A stretch of DNA of 64,000 bases from Macrostomum hystrix (Eukaryota > Animalia > Platyhelminthes), in NCBI GenBank assembly GCA_950097015.1, contig CATNEN010000024.1, positions 5,704,001-5,768,000 on the forward strand. Direction: 5' to 3'. Shown piece by piece: positions 60,637 through 64,000 of the stretch; within the stretch, counting starts at the first letter, position 1, and each line of letters begins with the position of its first letter. The translations under genes were made by a program, and so were the position numbers. The notes beneath the pieces are model-generated. The model was not told the DNA's origin and ran no database searches. It saw nothing but the letters and a program-made list of their open reading frames with translations.

Positions 60637-60830
60637 TCTGCTGTTCAGTCCATGGACTGGGGGGCGCCTCAAATACCCCAGCTAATGCTGTTACCCATTT
60701 AACAGCTGGGTGAACTGAAGCAATGCAGAGTTAAGTTTCTTGCTAAATTGATATTAATTGTTCCATTGGAGTCGGGATTCGAACCCCCGACCTTTAAGTC
60801 GTGAGTCCGACGCTCTAATTACTATAGGCT
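60637..60830 (-). mobile_element. SINE family B with a MIR-like CORE domain
   Basis: Reverse complement: tRNA head (GGTCGGGGGTTCGAATCCCGAC), then GCAAGAAACTTAACTCTGCATTGCTTCAGTTCACCCAGCTGTTAAATGGG, then the CAGTCCATGGACTGAACAGCAG tail. Confidence 0.8.
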
Positions 60831-61216
60831 CCAACCCGCTAGAAACAAGACTGTAGACCGCTAGGCTTAAGAGTTTATGATTAAGAGTAATACGAGTAGT
60901 AGAAGATAAGAGTTAGAAAAAATTGCAAAATTCCATTCTGAAAATGTTTGAGTTTTTAGATTCTTTGAAAATGATAGAAAAATCGAATGCAACAATCAAA
61001 TCCGCATCAATTAGTAAAAAACAATTCCGACTTGTTTCCAGCCGACGACGAATGATAGAATTTTTATTTACCTTCGAGCAAAGATACGATTAAACGTATA
61101 TTCTATGGTCAAAAAAATACATTAAACAATAAACTACGCTGCGCTCCCTTGACCCTGCTGTAAACAGTTTAGTAGTGCGATCTCGTCAGCCGGGCCAAGC
61201 TTTGGGATTAAATACT

Positions 61217-61361
61217 ATAATATCCCCCTGAAATCGTTGTCTATGGCCAAGGAACGGCTTCGGACTGCGCTTCTGGGCCACGGCTTCGTCTCGGTCAAAA
61301 AACGCGTCCTCAAGAAACTTCGTTCCTAGGCCAAAGAAACGAAATCGGGGGGGGGTATTAT
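61217..61361. mobile_element. MITE-like element with about 40-bp imperfect inverted repeats
   Basis: ATAATATCCCCCTGAAATCGTTGTCTATGGCCAAGGAACG versus the right-end reverse complement ATAATACCCCCCCCGATTTCGTTTCTTTGGCCTAGGAACG. Confidence 0.6.
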
Positions 61362-61509
61362 TCGATACTTCAGGGCCATAGAACCTATCAAACTTTTCGT
61401 ATGTTTTTATTTAACAATCAGCACCGAATTCAGTTAGAAATCCTATAGTGCGTCATTGACATTCTCTCGGTATGGAACGATAACTCTGTGTTTTAATCTG
61501 TCAAACAAC

Positions 61510-62246
61510 ATGTCGAAAAACAGAACATGGATCAACATGGATCAGCAGTTCCTACTAGAGTATGAGAACGACATGGTCATCCAGCTGCTCCACAGTACTA
61601 TCAGCTGCATGGCACTTCTATTCATTCCCACACTGGTCATGCTCATGCACGTCTATGAAGTCAGGTAATATTTAGCATATCTGGGAGCTGCATATGTACA
61701 CTCACTTTTCAAACGTGAACTTCCAAAACCCAAAGGTAGAAAGGACTCTGTTATATATAGTCCTTTCTTAGATTGAGTACAACTGCTTGTACATCTGGGC
61801 CGACCAAACTTAGCAGACGAAAACATTTCATGAAAATGTACATGACGAATAGCAGCTGATCATACGGATATCGATATAATCGAAAACAGTTGTCAACAGT
61901 AGGACTTCCGACAGAGAGGTCGGGAGTTCAAAGCTCCGACCAGGGGAAAAATTCGTGCTCTTGAGCGAGGCTTAGCTGCAATTTCTATCTAAATATCTAC
62001 TGCAGGTACAAAATGCTGTCAATTAGTGTTCTACCGGTAATCCAAGCCCTAGTGTTTCACATAGATCTGCTATTGTCCTTCAACTTGGCGGCCCTCAGCG
62101 ACTCGCTGAAGCGCGACGAATATGCGCACCAGCGGTTGAAGGACAATCTGCGCTGGCGCAGGAAGTTCGAGATTGGCAGCATGGTCAGGCAGGCGGTCGA
62201 GGAACTGCAGCTGCCGGAGATAGTCGCCAATGCAGCGTCCAAGTGA
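61510..62246 (+). CDS. Small protein with two predicted hydrophobic helices, 2 exons, about 131 aa; unknown family, may have upstream exons
   Basis: Exons 61510-61664 and 62006-62246 join in phase 2 (AG|GTAATA ... CTGCAG|G) to give 396 nt. Hydrophobic segments MVIQLLHSTISCMALLFIPTLVML and MLSISVLPVIQALVFHIDLLLSF, then a charged tail. Confidence 0.65.
61890..61985 (+). mobile_element. SINE family B head fragment in the intron of the small membrane-protein gene
   Basis: GAGAGGTCGGGAGTTCAAAGCTCCGAC...GCTCTTGAGCGAGGC resembles the tRNA head and the start of the core. Confidence 0.5.
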
Positions 62247-62769
62247 CTGGACCCGTCATCGACATTCACCTAATCATCTATCACTGTTTCGTTGTAGCTC
62301 GTTCTCAAATATAATCAATCAGTAAGCATGACAATGCGCACACTCTTAAATCCTAAAATTATCAGCTAACTTCAAACTTTCATGCATTATTTGACGTATT
62401 TATTTGTTAAATATTGCTCGATATACTTTGATTGCACGTTGACTGTAACGACTTAGCTACTTATAGCATTGAAGTATTGAAGCTTATAGATTTTCTGATG
62501 TTTTTTTACAGCAGTGGCTACATCCGATTGACGAGTAAGCATAGTCCAAAAGCTCATTTTACATCGTCTGTGGTTCGTACTATTATACTTACAACCTTAA
62601 TTCCACGAGTAAGTCATATTCAAATAGTCATATTTTTTCCTGTATCTCCCAAAATATTCAACGATATTCAATTTAAGTTTAAATATTCAATACCCGACTT
62701 TACCTCTATCAATCTACCAGTGACACCCCGACTCTACCACTGCCAATCTACCAGTGACACCCCGACTCT

Positions 62770-63450
62770 TCCTCAGGTTGGGGGGTGGATGTGGCAGACT
62801 AACCTGAGGAACTGGGGCTGGGGCGGCAGACCAACCTGAGGAACTGGGGCTTGGGCGGCAGACCAACCTGAGGAACTGGAGGTGGGGCGGCAGACTAACC
62901 TGAGGAACTGGAGGTGGGGCGGCAGACCAACCTGAGGAACTGGGGGTGGAGGTGGCAGACCAACCTGAGGAACTGGGGGTGGAGGTGGCAGACCAGCTTA
63001 GGAACTGGGAGTGGGGTGGCAGACCAGCTTAGGAACTGGGAGTGGGGTGGCAGACCAGCTTAGGAACTGGGGGTGGAGGTGACAGACCAACCTGAGGAAC
63101 TGGGGGTGGAGGTGGCAGACCAACCTGAGGAACTGGGGGTGGGGTGGCAGACCAGCTTAGGAACTGGGAGTGGGGTGGCAGACCAGCTTAGGAACTGGGG
63201 GTGGAGGTGGCAGACCAACCTGAGGAACTGGGGGTGGAGGTGGCAGACCAACCTGAGGAACTGGGGGTGGGGTGGCAGACCAGCTTAGGAACTGGGAGTG
63301 GGGTGGCAGACCAGCTTAGGAACTGGGGGTGGAGGTGGCAGACCAACCTGAGGAACTGGGAGTGGGGTGGCAGACCAGCTTAGGAACTGGGGGTGGAGGT
63401 GGCAGACCAACCTGAGGAACTGGGAGTGGGGTGGCAGACCAGCTTAGTAT
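62770..63450. repeat. G-rich 32/33-nt minisatellite (GGAACTGGGGGTGGAGGTGGCAGACCAACCTGA and variant)
   Basis: About 20 copies of two alternating variants. Confidence 0.93.
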
Positions 63451-64000
63451 TCTAGGGTAAGAACAATATTTTATAAAATAACAAAACTGCCAACTGCTAC
63501 AGCATTTGGTTTGGCGATGCAATTAGCAAAGTAAGCTAGCAATCTCAGGCAAAGAATCCAAAAGGAAACAGTTTACAATTTTTTTTTCAAAACAGAAAAG
63601 TAAAAAAACTAAATAAACTGAAGAGGGAGATGAAGCAGAGGGGAGAACGCCAATAAACGAGAAAACACATGAAATTATTTCGCACATTGTGAACTTTATA
63701 AGGCCGAATGGGGGCGAGAGTTGCATCAGGAGACAGTTACAATCTATTCACAATCTTCAAACAGACAGTTTAATGTACTCTGCAGGCACAGCCAAACATA
63801 ATTTAGTATAACTTGACAATAATAAAATGAAATATGAAAATCTGAAATTCGCCTGAACTGACCGGCAGTGTTTTAATTAACGAGCAATGATTATTTTGTC
63901 TCTTAAACAGTCTCCTAAAAAGATTACTAAAAATTTCTTAGTTGAACTTTTAGTAAATCTAATTTTAGTTTGTTATATAAAATTTCCTCAAAGGGCGTGT

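Overview
This is animal genomic DNA with GT-AG introns, TTAGGG telomeric repeats, GC-rich exons and very dense intronic minisatellites. That style suggests a free-living flatworm such as Macrostomum; this is an inference and was not verified. Nine spliced or single-exon genes could be rebuilt by hand, and exon phases are consistent in all the spliced ones. Plus strand: a 5-HT1-like serotonin receptor (5149-13280), an astacin metalloprotease (18084-22290), a secreted PAN/apple + ALK/LTK-type glycine-rich protein (42372-43890), a 590-aa disordered protein with myristoylation, EPIYA and PDZ-binding motifs (57470-59242) and a small two-helix membrane protein (61510-62246). Minus strand, four co-oriented genes: VPS36, a 9-exon divergent Rel/NF-kB-like (RHD+IPT) gene that the ORF track only shows in fragments, a double-LOTUS protein, and the DNA primase large subunit PRIM2. 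The main finding is the NF-kB-like gene. It has no in-frame ATG at its first acceptor, so a spliced-leader AUG may supply the start, and it hosts the glycine-rich gene antisense in its 6.7-kb first intron. The rest is about 20 unrelated tandem arrays (the source of all the long repetitive ORFs), two tRNA-derived SINE families (one with a MIR-like CORE), several MITEs, and decayed LINE and Tc1 fragments. All homology calls come from visual motif comparison; no database search was run.
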